A stretch of 32,000 nucleotides of DNA from Aggregatilineales bacterium (lineage in GTDB: Bacteria; Chloroflexota; Anaerolineae; Aggregatilineales; Phototrophicaceae), in contig JAVJSU010000072.1 in assembly GCA_040219275.1 (NCBI GenBank), positions 56,099 through 88,098 on the forward strand, in the 5' to 3' direction. The notes under the pieces are model-generated. The model saw only the letters and a program-made list of their open reading frames with translations, was not told where the DNA came from and ran no database searches. Below, one piece after another: positions 9,095 to 17,127 of this stretch (positions are counted from its first letter, which is position 1; each line of letters opens with the position of its first letter). A program made the translations under genes and the position numbers.

Positions 9095-10327
9095 CTAAGG
9101 GATTAAGCCGGGCTGATTGCCGGGTTGCAATAAAAGCGTGAAACTGGCTTGTCCGCCACCGCTACGGCTGCGCGGAATATCCCAGACTGTACCAAAATAA
9201 GGGACAACAATTCGTGCCTCAGCCGAGGTCACTACCTGTAACTGGGCATAACCCTGTCCATCCGTAAATGCTTGAGCAATCACCCGATTGGTGCCGACTT
9301 CAACCGCACGGACTGAAATACCGCTCACGCCCTCGGCTGGATCGACATCCCGATTGCCGTTTTCATCGTAGGCAATCACCACTGAAACCGTCAGCAATCC
9401 GGGAGCAATGGGCGTTGACGTGGGCTGAATCGTTGGAGGTGCGGCGACCAATTCAATGCCAGCCGCAGGTTGTGGCACGGGCGAGGGTGTCGCACTGATG
9501 GCAGGTGGCGGAATAATCAGGGTATTGGCAGTGCCACGAAAAACCTGAATAGCATCCAATCCGATCACATAGCCTTCACTGGCAGGATTCTTATTTTGTG
9601 AACTACGGATAGTAAGCGTATGCGCTCCTGTCCCAACGAAATACACCTGTGTGCCGGGATAACTGAGTTCAGTCGCATAGGCATCCACTGTATCTACTAG
9701 CACACCATCCACGATGATGTCGAACATGCCCATATTGCGTGCCGCAACATAGCGAATTCGCAAGCCCTCCCCTTCAAAATGAAAGGCGACGGTGCTACTG
9801 GTATTCTCTGACCGATGATATTGCCCCTGACTGGCTTGAACGACCTGACGGGCTTGCCAGGGGCTGCTGTATTGCACCAGTGGATGATCGGATTCAAAAC
9901 TGTACCAACCTTCATAAGGTGGTGCTTCATGAGTCGCATTTGGCATCGGTTCAACCGGTTGTGGCGGTGCAGGCAGCAAAATCGTTCCCATCGGGAAGTT
10001 GGTTGGCATAGGCGGCACATAAACGCCAGGCATCACCGCTTGCATCTCCAGCAAACGCATCGCTAAAGTCGGTGTGAGCGTCGGCGTGAACGTCGCTGTT
10101 GCGCTGGCTGTTGCTGTAGGACTTGGCGTATCACTTGGCGTGCTGGTTTGCGTTGGCATCACCGTGTGAGTTGGCACATCCGTTGCAGTCAGTGTTGGCA
10201 ACACAAACAGCGTTGGCAAAACGGCAACTGTCGTCTGATGCTTACTCAACAATGCAAAAGCCAGTGCCCAGGTCATCAAACACAAGGCCAACAAGCCCAA
10301 CAAAATCAGGATCATTCTTTTTTGCAT
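9095..10327 (-). CDS. Secreted protein with a Thr/Pro-rich linker and a C-terminal Cna-B/SdrD-B-like repeat
   Basis: I chose the start at ATG 10325-10327 (MQKRMILILLGLLALCL) because GGAGG lies 5 nt upstream. It has a signal/TM and a TSTPSDTPSPTATASATATFTPTLTPT linker. The C-terminus YDENGNRDVDPAEGVSGISVRAVE...FTDGQGYAQL resembles Cna-B type folds. Confidence 0.65.
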   Translation of the reverse strand: MQKRMILILLGLLALCLMTWALAFALLSKHQTTVAVLPTLFVLPTLTATDVPTHTVMPTQTSTPSDTPSPTATASATATFTPTLTPTLAMRLLEMQAVMPGVYVPPMPTNFPMGTILLPAPPQPVEPMPNATHEAPPYEGWYSFESDHPLVQYSSPWQARQVVQASQGQYHRSENTSSTVAFHFEGEGLRIRYVAARNMGMFDIIVDGVLVDTVDAYATELSYPGTQVYFVGTGAHTLTIRSSQNKNPASEGYVIGLDAIQVFRGTANTLIIPPPAISATPSPVPQPAAGIELVAAPPTIQPTSTPIAPGLLTVSVVIAYDENGNRDVDPAEGVSGISVRAVEVGTNRVIAQAFTDGQGYAQLQVVTSAEARIVVPYFGTVWDIPRSRSGGGQASFTLLLQPGNQPGLIP

Positions 10328-10387
10328 ACGCCTCCAACTCCTGACAAACAAATACACTCTCCATCTTCGCAAATGAGAGCGCTGACA

Positions 10388-10430
10388 GGCTGTAAAATTT
10401 CAGTTTTGGACTGTAAAAATCGGATTTCGG
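10388..10430 (-). promoter_or_regulatory. Conserved upstream motif (copy 1, 1.5 tandem units), shared with 3890-3920
   Basis: The sequence reads GGCTGTAAAATTTCAGTTTTG GACTGTAAAAATCGG. It lies between the LuxR-type regulator stop and the first gene of the T4SS string. Confidence 0.35.
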
Positions 10431-10456
10431 TGGGGAAAAATACAGCTCCCCACCGG
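10428..10456 (-). terminator. Hairpin directly after the LuxR-type gene (weak terminator candidate)
   Basis: A 9-bp stem (CGGTGGGGA / TCCCCACCG) with a 10-nt loop. The U-run on the minus strand is not immediately adjacent. Confidence 0.35.
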
Positions 10457-10458
10457 AC

Positions 10459-11094
10459 TTACGAGGAAAAGATGAAGCCTTCAGCGGCTGCCCGACTGAT
10501 CATGTGCTCATTGGTCGTCGCACCAAAACGGACACGTAACTTCTCCCGCACCCAGTACACACGACGCGGATGGATATCCAGAGCGAGTGCAATCTGTCCG
10601 ACATGTCGCCCCTGTGCCAGCAATCGTAAGACACCGCGGGCTTCCTGATCCAGTTGCCAGTCCCGTTGGGGTGTCTGCATGGCAGTCAGATATTCGGCAT
10701 TGGCTGTCGGCGACAAATACAAACGATCCCGCATCACCGTTTCAATCGCACAGATCAGGGAGTCTTGCAATTCATCCCCCTTATACAGGTAGCCATGACA
10801 ACCCGCCGCGAACAAATCCCGGATGAGCAAGCCATCGCGCAGGTAGCCACTGACCAGCACCTTCGTTTTTGCTGAGATTTGCAACACATCTTCCACGATC
10901 TGCAAAATATCCACCTCTGGATCAAGTCGTTCATCAACAACAATCACCTGTGGCTGGCGCTCTACCGCGACTCGTAAATCGCTCAGTGTATTCACACTGG
11001 CTTCCATGATGAATTCAGATCGTCCCTTGAGTACCGCTTCCATTCCCAGACGGATCAGGTCGGCGGCATCGGCAATCATCAATCGAACCTTCAT
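10459..11094 (-). CDS. NarL/FixJ (LuxR-type HTH) response regulator
   Basis: Receiver-like N-terminus (MKVRLMIADAADL, VIVVDERLDP, VLVSGY, GYLYKGD). The C-terminal LuxR HTH reads LDQEARGVLRLLAQGRHVGQIALALDIHPRRVYWVREKLRVRFG. Start at ATG 11092-11094 with AAGGTGGAAG upstream; the 248-aa track ORF extension is rejected. Confidence 0.8.
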   Translation of the reverse strand: MKVRLMIADAADLIRLGMEAVLKGRSEFIMEASVNTLSDLRVAVERQPQVIVVDERLDPEVDILQIVEDVLQISAKTKVLVSGYLRDGLLIRDLFAAGCHGYLYKGDELQDSLICAIETVMRDRLYLSPTANAEYLTAMQTPQRDWQLDQEARGVLRLLAQGRHVGQIALALDIHPRRVYWVREKLRVRFGATTNEHMISRAAAEGFIFSS

Positions 11095-11241
11095 ACAGTC
11101 TCTTCCACCTTTCTGACATGTTAAAACCCAGCATAGCATGACTGCATCTGGAAGCTTCGTCGATATGTACGCCACGCCCGTTAATTTGTACGTGGCGCTC
11201 GTCAATTTTTCATTCAGGTGAAATTAGCGAGAAAGCGAGGA

Positions 11242-11871
11242 TTATTCTCTCAGCAAACCATAGGCCACTGCTGCTGGAATGATCTGCTCATTATTGTTGA
11301 CATGAAGATATTTCTTGATGCGGGTACGGGTATCGTAAATGACGCGCCGCGAGACACCGATTCTGTCGGCAATATCGCGCACCGACTGCCCTGCCGCCAG
11401 TAGATTCAGGACTTCCAGATCACGTTCCGTCAATTCCCGCACACTACGCCGATGATACGGCAGTGCCGCAGCTTCTGAGGATAGATATGTTTCGCCTGCC
11501 AGGATACTCTTGATTGCGGCTGGAATGGTCTCCTCTAACTTGCTCTTGTGATAAATATAGCCTCGTGCCCCACCCGCGAACAAAGCCCCGATATAGTCGG
11601 TGTTGAGACGACTGCCAATCACCACCTGCCCCAATCCGGGATAGTGTTGATGGAGATAGCGCACCAATTTAACCGCATTTTCTTCCTTTGGAAGTTGATC
11701 CGAAAGCAACAGGATACGGGCACAAACGGTTTCTAGATGAGCAACAAGTGTCTTGAAGTCAGCAAAATCATGTACCTGCCCTGTCGGCACGCCAGTCTTT
11801 TCAACCAGCATCCGCAGTCCATTGCGACTGAGTGCCTCTTTGTCTAGGATTACGATCCGGGCTTGTTTCAC
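11242..11871 (-). CDS. NarL/FixJ (LuxR-type HTH) response regulator, second copy
   Basis: Receiver-like N-terminus (RIVILDKEAL, ILLLSDQLP, VVIGSR, GYIYHKS). The LuxR HTH reads LTERDLEVLNLLAAGQSVRDIADRIGVSRRVIYDTRTRIKKYL. GTG start. Confidence 0.8.
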   Translation of the reverse strand: MKQARIVILDKEALSRNGLRMLVEKTGVPTGQVHDFADFKTLVAHLETVCARILLLSDQLPKEENAVKLVRYLHQHYPGLGQVVIGSRLNTDYIGALFAGGARGYIYHKSKLEETIPAAIKSILAGETYLSSEAAALPYHRRSVRELTERDLEVLNLLAAGQSVRDIADRIGVSRRVIYDTRTRIKKYLHVNNNEQIIPAAVAYGLLRE

Positions 11872-11953
11872 AATCTTGCGCCTCTATTTTGCTTTTTACA
11901 TGGGATATGAACTCAAAATACGAACTATTGTTCTGGTATTCTTCATTATATTA

Positions 11954-11983
11954 CAAAAAACAAACACCAGTAAAGGTGTCTGT
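11954..11983 (-). terminator. Rho-independent terminator candidate ending the parM-side operon
   Basis: On the minus strand, ACAGACACC-UUUACU-GGUGUUUGU (a 9-bp stem with one G.U pair) is followed by a U6 run. It lies about 35 nt after the small ORF stop. Confidence 0.5.
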
Positions 11984-12016
11984 CGTTATAGTTTCGTTTG
12001 GTTTTTTGAGGGGGGA

Positions 12017-12202
12017 TTAATCTAAATGATCAGCATCTTCTGCTTTGATATACTCATCATTCATGGCGCGTTCGATATCAGCAAAATCTTCTTCGCTCAG
12101 CCCTTCACGAATATCTTCAAGTGCCGCAAGCAATTCATCCATATTCACTGTTTTAGAATTGGAAAATTCAGGATCATTTCCCCAGCCTTTTACGCCACTC
12201 AT
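12017..12202 (-). CDS. Small acidic hypothetical protein (possible partner of the HEPN-like gene)
   Basis: 61 aa from ATG 12200-12202 (...MDELLAALEDIREGLSEEDFADIERAMNDEYIKAEDADHLD). It overlaps the 3' end of the upstream gene by about 29 nt and is followed by a terminator. The start is uncertain; an internal ATG at 12142 is also possible. Confidence 0.4.
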   Translation of the reverse strand: MSGVKGWGNDPEFSNSKTVNMDELLAALEDIREGLSEEDFADIERAMNDEYIKAEDADHLD

Positions 12203-12935
12203 CAAAAATTACCTTGTCCTTATCTGATAATTTTTCGTATTCTTCAGCAAAAACAATAATTGGATCATCACAAAACCAATAGCTTTGACCAGCAACTAAT
12301 TCAAAAATTTCATCAATATCCAATTCATTTCGCTCGTCACGCGATTGACCGTAATCCCATGACCTAAGGTCATAATAGGTACTGAAACCAAGTACATGAA
12401 ATACACTCGATGAGGCATCAAGCAACTCCTGAAGAACATCAATTGAAAGTTGATAAGGCACAATGGATTCCGGTCCTGTTACTTTCTTCCAGTCAAGATG
12501 TGCGATGTGATGATTTCTTACTTCTGTAATTTTTTCCTCTAGCGAGGCAACTTTCTTTTCAAATCCCTTCGTCCTCTCGCGCAAAATCTCGTCCACTTCC
12601 AGGTCTATCTTATCTACACGATATTGTTTTGGATCAAATATTTTGTTCTTGAATCGGCGAAGTGAAAGTTCAGAGGATTTATCAAATATCGCTGAGAAAG
12701 CAATCAGAACTGAATCAAAAAATGACTTGTTGGTGAGTCGCCAAAACACCCGTTTGTCCTCCGGAACAAACAACTGATATGGGAAGTTGCTTAATCGACG
12801 TAAAATGATGATTTGTTGTGCAATATCAGAAAGATGTTGCCACGTAACTGCATGTTGCTTCTTGTATTCATCAACTTTTTCAGGCTTAATGACATCTTCG
12901 ACTTCAATAATTACCTCTGAACCCCATCGTTTCAT
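12174..12935 (-). CDS. HEPN-like (AbiU2/AbiV-style Rx4-6H motif) hypothetical protein
   Basis: 253 aa and clearly AT-rich relative to its neighbours. It is predicted all-helical. The motif EVRNHHIAHLD (R140-x5-H146, nt 12498-12518) matches the HEPN Rx4-6H signature. The start lies 3 nt after the ParR-like stop. Confidence 0.6.
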   Translation of the reverse strand: MKRWGSEVIIEVEDVIKPEKVDEYKKQHAVTWQHLSDIAQQIIILRRLSNFPYQLFVPEDKRVFWRLTNKSFFDSVLIAFSAIFDKSSELSLRRFKNKIFDPKQYRVDKIDLEVDEILRERTKGFEKKVASLEEKITEVRNHHIAHLDWKKVTGPESIVPYQLSIDVLQELLDASSSVFHVLGFSTYYDLRSWDYGQSRDERNELDIDEIFELVAGQSYWFCDDPIIVFAEEYEKLSDKDKVIFDEWRKRLGK

Positions 12936-12938
12936 AGA

Positions 12939-13364
12939 TTAATTCCATAATTCATCATCATCTTCATCCCCAAATAAATTACCCATACCAACACTAAACG
13001 TTTCACGGGCATCACTAGGATCAATGTGATCATCCGTTCCGGCGAACATACTTGGCAGTTCTTCCGGCTCGGTGGCTTCAGTGATCTGCACACCACCATA
13101 GCCACCTCCCCTGCCATGAATCAATCCTGTAATGAATGAAGCCATGAACTGCAAGAGATCCAGCGTCTTGCCCGTTTGCTCCTGTACCGTATGAACTGCC
13201 AGCAACATCCCCACCAGCACGTGTTTCAGCTTACGTTGACTGGCGAGTTCCTGTGCGACCTCCCAGGCTTTAGCTTGTGCTTCATCATCCAGATCAAACA
13301 CCAACAAATATGATCCTGATTCCGCCTGTCCATTGGGCGGTTTCTGATAATGCCGTTTCGCCAT
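12939..13364 (-). CDS. ParR-like partition adaptor candidate (RHH-like N-terminus, acidic C-terminal tail)
   Basis: 141 aa. The start overlaps the ParM-like stop (TAATG). The N-terminus SYLLVFDLDDEAQAKAWEVAQELA looks like strand-helix-helix. The C-terminus is acidic (GDEDDDELWN). The position immediately downstream of an actin-like ATPase matches parMR organisation. The function is an inference. Confidence 0.5.
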   Translation of the reverse strand: MAKRHYQKPPNGQAESGSYLLVFDLDDEAQAKAWEVAQELASQRKLKHVLVGMLLAVHTVQEQTGKTLDLLQFMASFITGLIHGRGGGYGGVQITEATEPEELPSMFAGTDDHIDPSDARETFSVGMGNLFGDEDDDELWN

Positions 13365-14632
13365 TATCCCGTTACTTTCCGGTTGACCTTCTTATTGCTG
13401 GCACTCATCGGCAGTGCACCATAAGCATTGAGTTCCCACAGTGGAATACCCTTCAAGTGCGGTACGACATCCGGATGCAGAATGTTTTTATTCGGATACT
13501 GTTTTAGGATTTGCGGCAGGATATACACCCAGCCACCACCTGCCAATAAGATCGAATCTGCCCCCTGCTGATAGCTACGCTCCAGCTTCTCTTCGATGAT
13601 ATAGCGAGAAAAACGCGCTGATACCAGTTCAAAAATCGCCTGTAGATCGAGAATCCGCCCGTTGAGTTTCACCCGTGCATAGTTGGGTTTCATCTTGCCC
13701 AGTGACCATTCTCGCAACCAGGCATCCACCTGTACCGGCTTCATGCGCGGTGTGGATTCACCTGCCTTGAGGAATTGATCGCGGATATAATCCATCACCG
13801 GTTCAATCATCTGGCGTAAAACTCCGGCATCCCGATCCGTTGCAAATGCCATGCTTTCTGCATCGAGCTTACCGTTACGAACAGCATAAGTGTCGTAGGT
13901 ACCATGACCCGCATCATGAATATGTACCTGCCCTGTCAGCAGATCATCTCGCCCATCTGAAGATGGAATTAACACATCATTTCCGTTGGCATCATAGGCA
14001 TACGCACTGAATGCTCCCACGCCCTCCGGCACAACAACGACTTTACCGATGATAAAGCTTCGAGGTTTCTTGTCATAGCTCATCTGGATGGTCCATGTGC
14101 CAGTTTTATCCTTCGCCTCACCATATTTGAGGTTCTGTTTAATCGCTTTTGCCACACTGTTGACCAATCCGGGAGGTGCAGAGGTGACAATCGTCAGCGG
14201 TGTATTTTCTGGTGCGTTAAGGGCTGCCAGCAGACATAACAACATGAAAATATGAATCTCTGAGCCATAGCGTTCTTCGGAGTTTACGAAAGTCTCTGGC
14301 GGATACTTGCTCTGCTCCCAGACGTTATCTCCAATGGCAAAGCGCCCCCCTGCTACATCCGCGTACACCATTTCGTTCAGCCCGATGGTGGTCACATCAG
14401 TGTTCATAGAATAGCCGGTAACTGGCACACGCACGTTAGGAAGCATAAAATAATGGAGTTCTCCATCCACTAAATGCCATGCACTGGATGTGCCATTACC
14501 ACCATCCCATGTGATGATTGTCGGATCGAGTTCCCATTGAAAATCACTGGCATTGGCATCTGCGGGCGTGAGTGGAATTAGCGTTTTATTCGGTTTATAT
14601 CGGATCATTTTGCGTCTCTTTCTTTTGCTCAT
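13364..14632 (-). CDS. Actin-like segregation ATPase (ParM/Alp family)
   Basis: Actin-fold nucleotide-binding motifs are present: IITWDGGNGTS (phosphate 1), VHIHDAGHGTYDT (phosphate 2) and SILLAGGGWVYI (adenosine). 422 aa. Confidence 0.8.
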   Translation of the reverse strand: MSKRKRRKMIRYKPNKTLIPLTPADANASDFQWELDPTIITWDGGNGTSSAWHLVDGELHYFMLPNVRVPVTGYSMNTDVTTIGLNEMVYADVAGGRFAIGDNVWEQSKYPPETFVNSEERYGSEIHIFMLLCLLAALNAPENTPLTIVTSAPPGLVNSVAKAIKQNLKYGEAKDKTGTWTIQMSYDKKPRSFIIGKVVVVPEGVGAFSAYAYDANGNDVLIPSSDGRDDLLTGQVHIHDAGHGTYDTYAVRNGKLDAESMAFATDRDAGVLRQMIEPVMDYIRDQFLKAGESTPRMKPVQVDAWLREWSLGKMKPNYARVKLNGRILDLQAIFELVSARFSRYIIEEKLERSYQQGADSILLAGGGWVYILPQILKQYPNKNILHPDVVPHLKGIPLWELNAYGALPMSASNKKVNRKVTG

Positions 14633-14679
14633 ATAAGAGTCTAACTGGCTTATTTGGATGGAAATTGGGCAAAATCGTT

Positions 14680-14707
14680 CCTATATATATGGTTGTATAT
14701 ATATAGG
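14680..14707. promoter_or_regulatory. Perfect 11-bp inverted repeat in the divergent parM / MerR-like promoter region (operator or parC-like candidate)
   Basis: CCTATATATAT-GGTTGT-ATATATATAGG lies in the 197-bp AT-rich gap between divergently transcribed genes. Confidence 0.5.
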
Positions 14708-14829
14708 GGGGTCTTTTTTGCTCCTTAGAGTTAAAATTGCCTTCTTTTTCGTAATTACACTACGGGATTAAAGCTATAATATAGAGTACACTTGTAGAAG
14801 TTACAAGTCAAGCTTATAGGAGTTGGAAT

Positions 14830-15375
14830 GTGAAAACTTATACACCTGGAGAAATTGCAGTTGTAATTGGAGTTAGTGCAAGCTCCATTAGAAATTGGAC
14901 TGAGCAAGAAGAACTTCAGCCTTATCTATCTGATATGGCAACCCGCCGGAATGATTTTGAACACGCTAAACAACGTGAATATACGATAGAAGACCTCTAT
15001 GTTCTAAATACAATTGGCAAAGCGAAGACACGTCACAATAGTTGGCAAGATGTAGCTGACTTCCTTGAAGATGGCAACATTTATAAGGATTTACCCGCTT
15101 CTGCCGCTTTGGTTCTACAGGAAACAGCTGCAGAAGGTTTTGCTGACAAAATAATGCTTCATCAGCGAATTGAGTTTCTGGAAGTAACTATCAGGGATCA
15201 AGAGGCTGAGATCGAACAGTTGCGCCAGCGAGTTGAGGAAGTTCGGAATGAAGAACGAGATGTAGCAAAGACTGAACGTGCAGAACTTCAATCAACCATC
15301 AACGATTTGAATCGATTGATCGGCAAACTAGAAGCAAAAATTGAAATGCTCAAGGAAAGCACAAACGACGAATGA
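14830..15375 (+). CDS. MerR/excisionase-type HTH protein with a C-terminal coiled coil
   Basis: YTPGEIAVVIGVSASSIRNWTEQ is an HTH. The C-terminal ~70 aa are heptad-like and E/R/K/L-rich. GTG start with AGGAG 9 nt upstream. Confidence 0.75.
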   Translation: MKTYTPGEIAVVIGVSASSIRNWTEQEELQPYLSDMATRRNDFEHAKQREYTIEDLYVLNTIGKAKTRHNSWQDVADFLEDGNIYKDLPASAALVLQETAAEGFADKIMLHQRIEFLEVTIRDQEAEIEQLRQRVEEVRNEERDVAKTERAELQSTINDLNRLIGKLEAKIEMLKESTNDE

Positions 15376-15428
15376 TATTGTCTAGTGTTCCAAAACAACA
15401 ATGCAGATAAGTAGGGCAGTTAGAAATC

Positions 15429-15815
15429 ATGAGCAAGAAAAAGCAACAAGGACATTATTGTAGGGTCTGTGGACGTTACCGAGCCAACGAAAAATTTAGC
15501 GGAAAAGGTCATCGACAGCATATCTGCAAGGACTGTAATCGTAACCAGCAAGCACAAAAGCGTGAGAAGAAACACGCAACAAAGCAAGCTGCTGAAGTTG
15601 GGTTACCAGTGCCCAAGCGTTATCCGATGACACGTTACCAGGCAGCCAGCTATCTCGGTATCACACCATCTGCATTTGATTATCGGCGTAAAAAACTAGA
15701 GCTGGAGCCATCTGGAACCTACGAGGGGAAACAGGGTACAGGCTTTCTCTTCGATATGGAAACAATTATCGCTGTTTACCGATACAGCCAAACGGATGGT
15801 AGTAACTCGGAGTGA
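15429..15815 (+). CDS. Zinc-ribbon plus HTH DNA-binding protein
   Basis: CRVCG...(17 aa)...CKDCN forms a 4-Cys ribbon, followed by a basic linker and then MTRYQAASYLGITPSAFDYRRKK, an excisionase/MerR-like HTH. Confidence 0.7.
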   Translation: MSKKKQQGHYCRVCGRYRANEKFSGKGHRQHICKDCNRNQQAQKREKKHATKQAAEVGLPVPKRYPMTRYQAASYLGITPSAFDYRRKKLELEPSGTYEGKQGTGFLFDMETIIAVYRYSQTDGSNSE

Positions 15816-16010
15816 ATTATGGCAGTGCAAATGACAGAATAGGGAATTGTGTCATTGTGGCAAATGGCATTTCCACTGCCGCATTTTTAACGGGTTTTTA
15901 TAGGTCTAAAGAGTTCAAAAATTAGGTAATTTTACGATTATTTGTCATAAACCGTCAAAAACAGGTCGGAAATGTAGCATTTAATGTGGCAGTAAACCTA
16001 TTGCCATAAT
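15816..16010 (+). repeat. Copy A of a ~195-bp intergenic direct repeat with 9-bp terminal inverted repeats
   Basis: It aligns with 19761-19956. A 76-nt block is perfectly identical (15845-15920 = 19791-19866). The ends are ATTATGGCA...TGCCATAAT. Confidence 0.9.
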
Positions 16011-16036
16011 TCACCAGATATACATACGAGGAAATA

Positions 16037-17056
16037 ATGGAGCAAAAACTATCTGTACAAATCCTAACGTATCTATGCAACCTCATCATGACATCGCCCT
16101 ATAGAACAATGCGTGAACTGACTATCTTCTTCAAACAATTCGATGTACCCGATGTGTATGGTAACCCGTCACGCACAAACTACACTGAACAGCAACTTAT
16201 TGAATTAAATAATCAGGGAAAGCTCATCTCTGTTATTGAACAAGCAGTTGATCCAAGAAATTTCTTTGAATCAGAAATTGACATTGAAGAGATCATTGCG
16301 GAAGCCAATCGGTTTCTTGCTCTTGATGATCTTTTACTCATAAAAGCAAGGAATGGCTACAAAGTAAAGCTTCTGGGAAATCGTCATCATTCTGGTCAAC
16401 CGATAAAGAACATCATTTTTGGCTCTACAGGACCAAAACCAGATATCGTTCTTCGTGATGCACTGACTAATCAAATCGAAATCACTCAAAATGCTGAACA
16501 CTGCCTAGTCTATGATCACCACATCAATGACGAAGCAGGGTTGTCATGGGATGAACTGGTCGAGTGGTGGATGAGTTTGAATCAGTTGAAAAGCAGAAGT
16601 GATATTATTGAAAGAGAACTCTATCAACGGTTGAGGAAATCAATCCCCGAAACATCACCACCCGCCCGCAACTTGTTTCATTCTTACTATAGCTTTAAGC
16701 AACAGGGGATTCAGCGGCTTCCTGCATTACTTCCAGAGGTATATCTTCACTTTGATCCTAAGACCATTATTGAACGAAATGGGAAAAAGGTTCTGAACCG
16801 ACAGCGAATGGATTTCCTTTTGTTATTGCCATACGATGTGCGTATCGTGATTGAGGTCGATGGCAAACATCACTATGCGGATGGGGATATCGCAAGCCCT
16901 GAAAGATATGGCGAGATGATGATGGAGGATCGAGAATTGAGATTGATGGGCTATGAAGTGTATCGCTTTGGTGCAGTGGAGCTAAACAAGTCTATTGCTG
17001 AATCTAATGTAAAGAGCTTTTTTCGGCGCATATTCAAAAAGTATGGTATTTTGTAG
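16037..17056 (+). CDS. Fusion protein with a C-terminal DUF559/Vsr-like PD-(D/E)xK endonuclease domain; candidate defence or abortive-infection gene
   Basis: The C-terminus RMDFLLLLPYDVRIVIEVDGKHHY...DRELRLMGYEVYRFG matches the DUF559 pattern (vDF...viEvDG.qH...D..R...L...Gy.V.RF). I do not confidently recognise the N-terminal ~230 aa; they may be AbiJ-N-terminal-like. The gene is AT-rich. Confidence 0.7.
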   Translation: MEQKLSVQILTYLCNLIMTSPYRTMRELTIFFKQFDVPDVYGNPSRTNYTEQQLIELNNQGKLISVIEQAVDPRNFFESEIDIEEIIAEANRFLALDDLLLIKARNGYKVKLLGNRHHSGQPIKNIIFGSTGPKPDIVLRDALTNQIEITQNAEHCLVYDHHINDEAGLSWDELVEWWMSLNQLKSRSDIIERELYQRLRKSIPETSPPARNLFHSYYSFKQQGIQRLPALLPEVYLHFDPKTIIERNGKKVLNRQRMDFLLLLPYDVRIVIEVDGKHHYADGDIASPERYGEMMMEDRELRLMGYEVYRFGAVELNKSIAESNVKSFFRRIFKKYGIL

Positions 17057-17127
17057 TAAAGTTCCCCATGAAGTGTGAACTCGTGGTATTCTTATAGTGC
17101 AACTCAAAACTGTTAGAAAGAATCAGA

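Noticed and set aside
15987-16010. A sigma-54-like promoter (TGGCAG...TTGCC) at the 3' end of both repeat copies; the second lies at 19933-19956.
   Set aside because: The spacing between the GG and GC elements is about 3 nt longer than the canonical -24/-12 arrangement in both copies. The TGGCA motif also recurs throughout the repeat in both orientations, which fits protein-binding iterons better.
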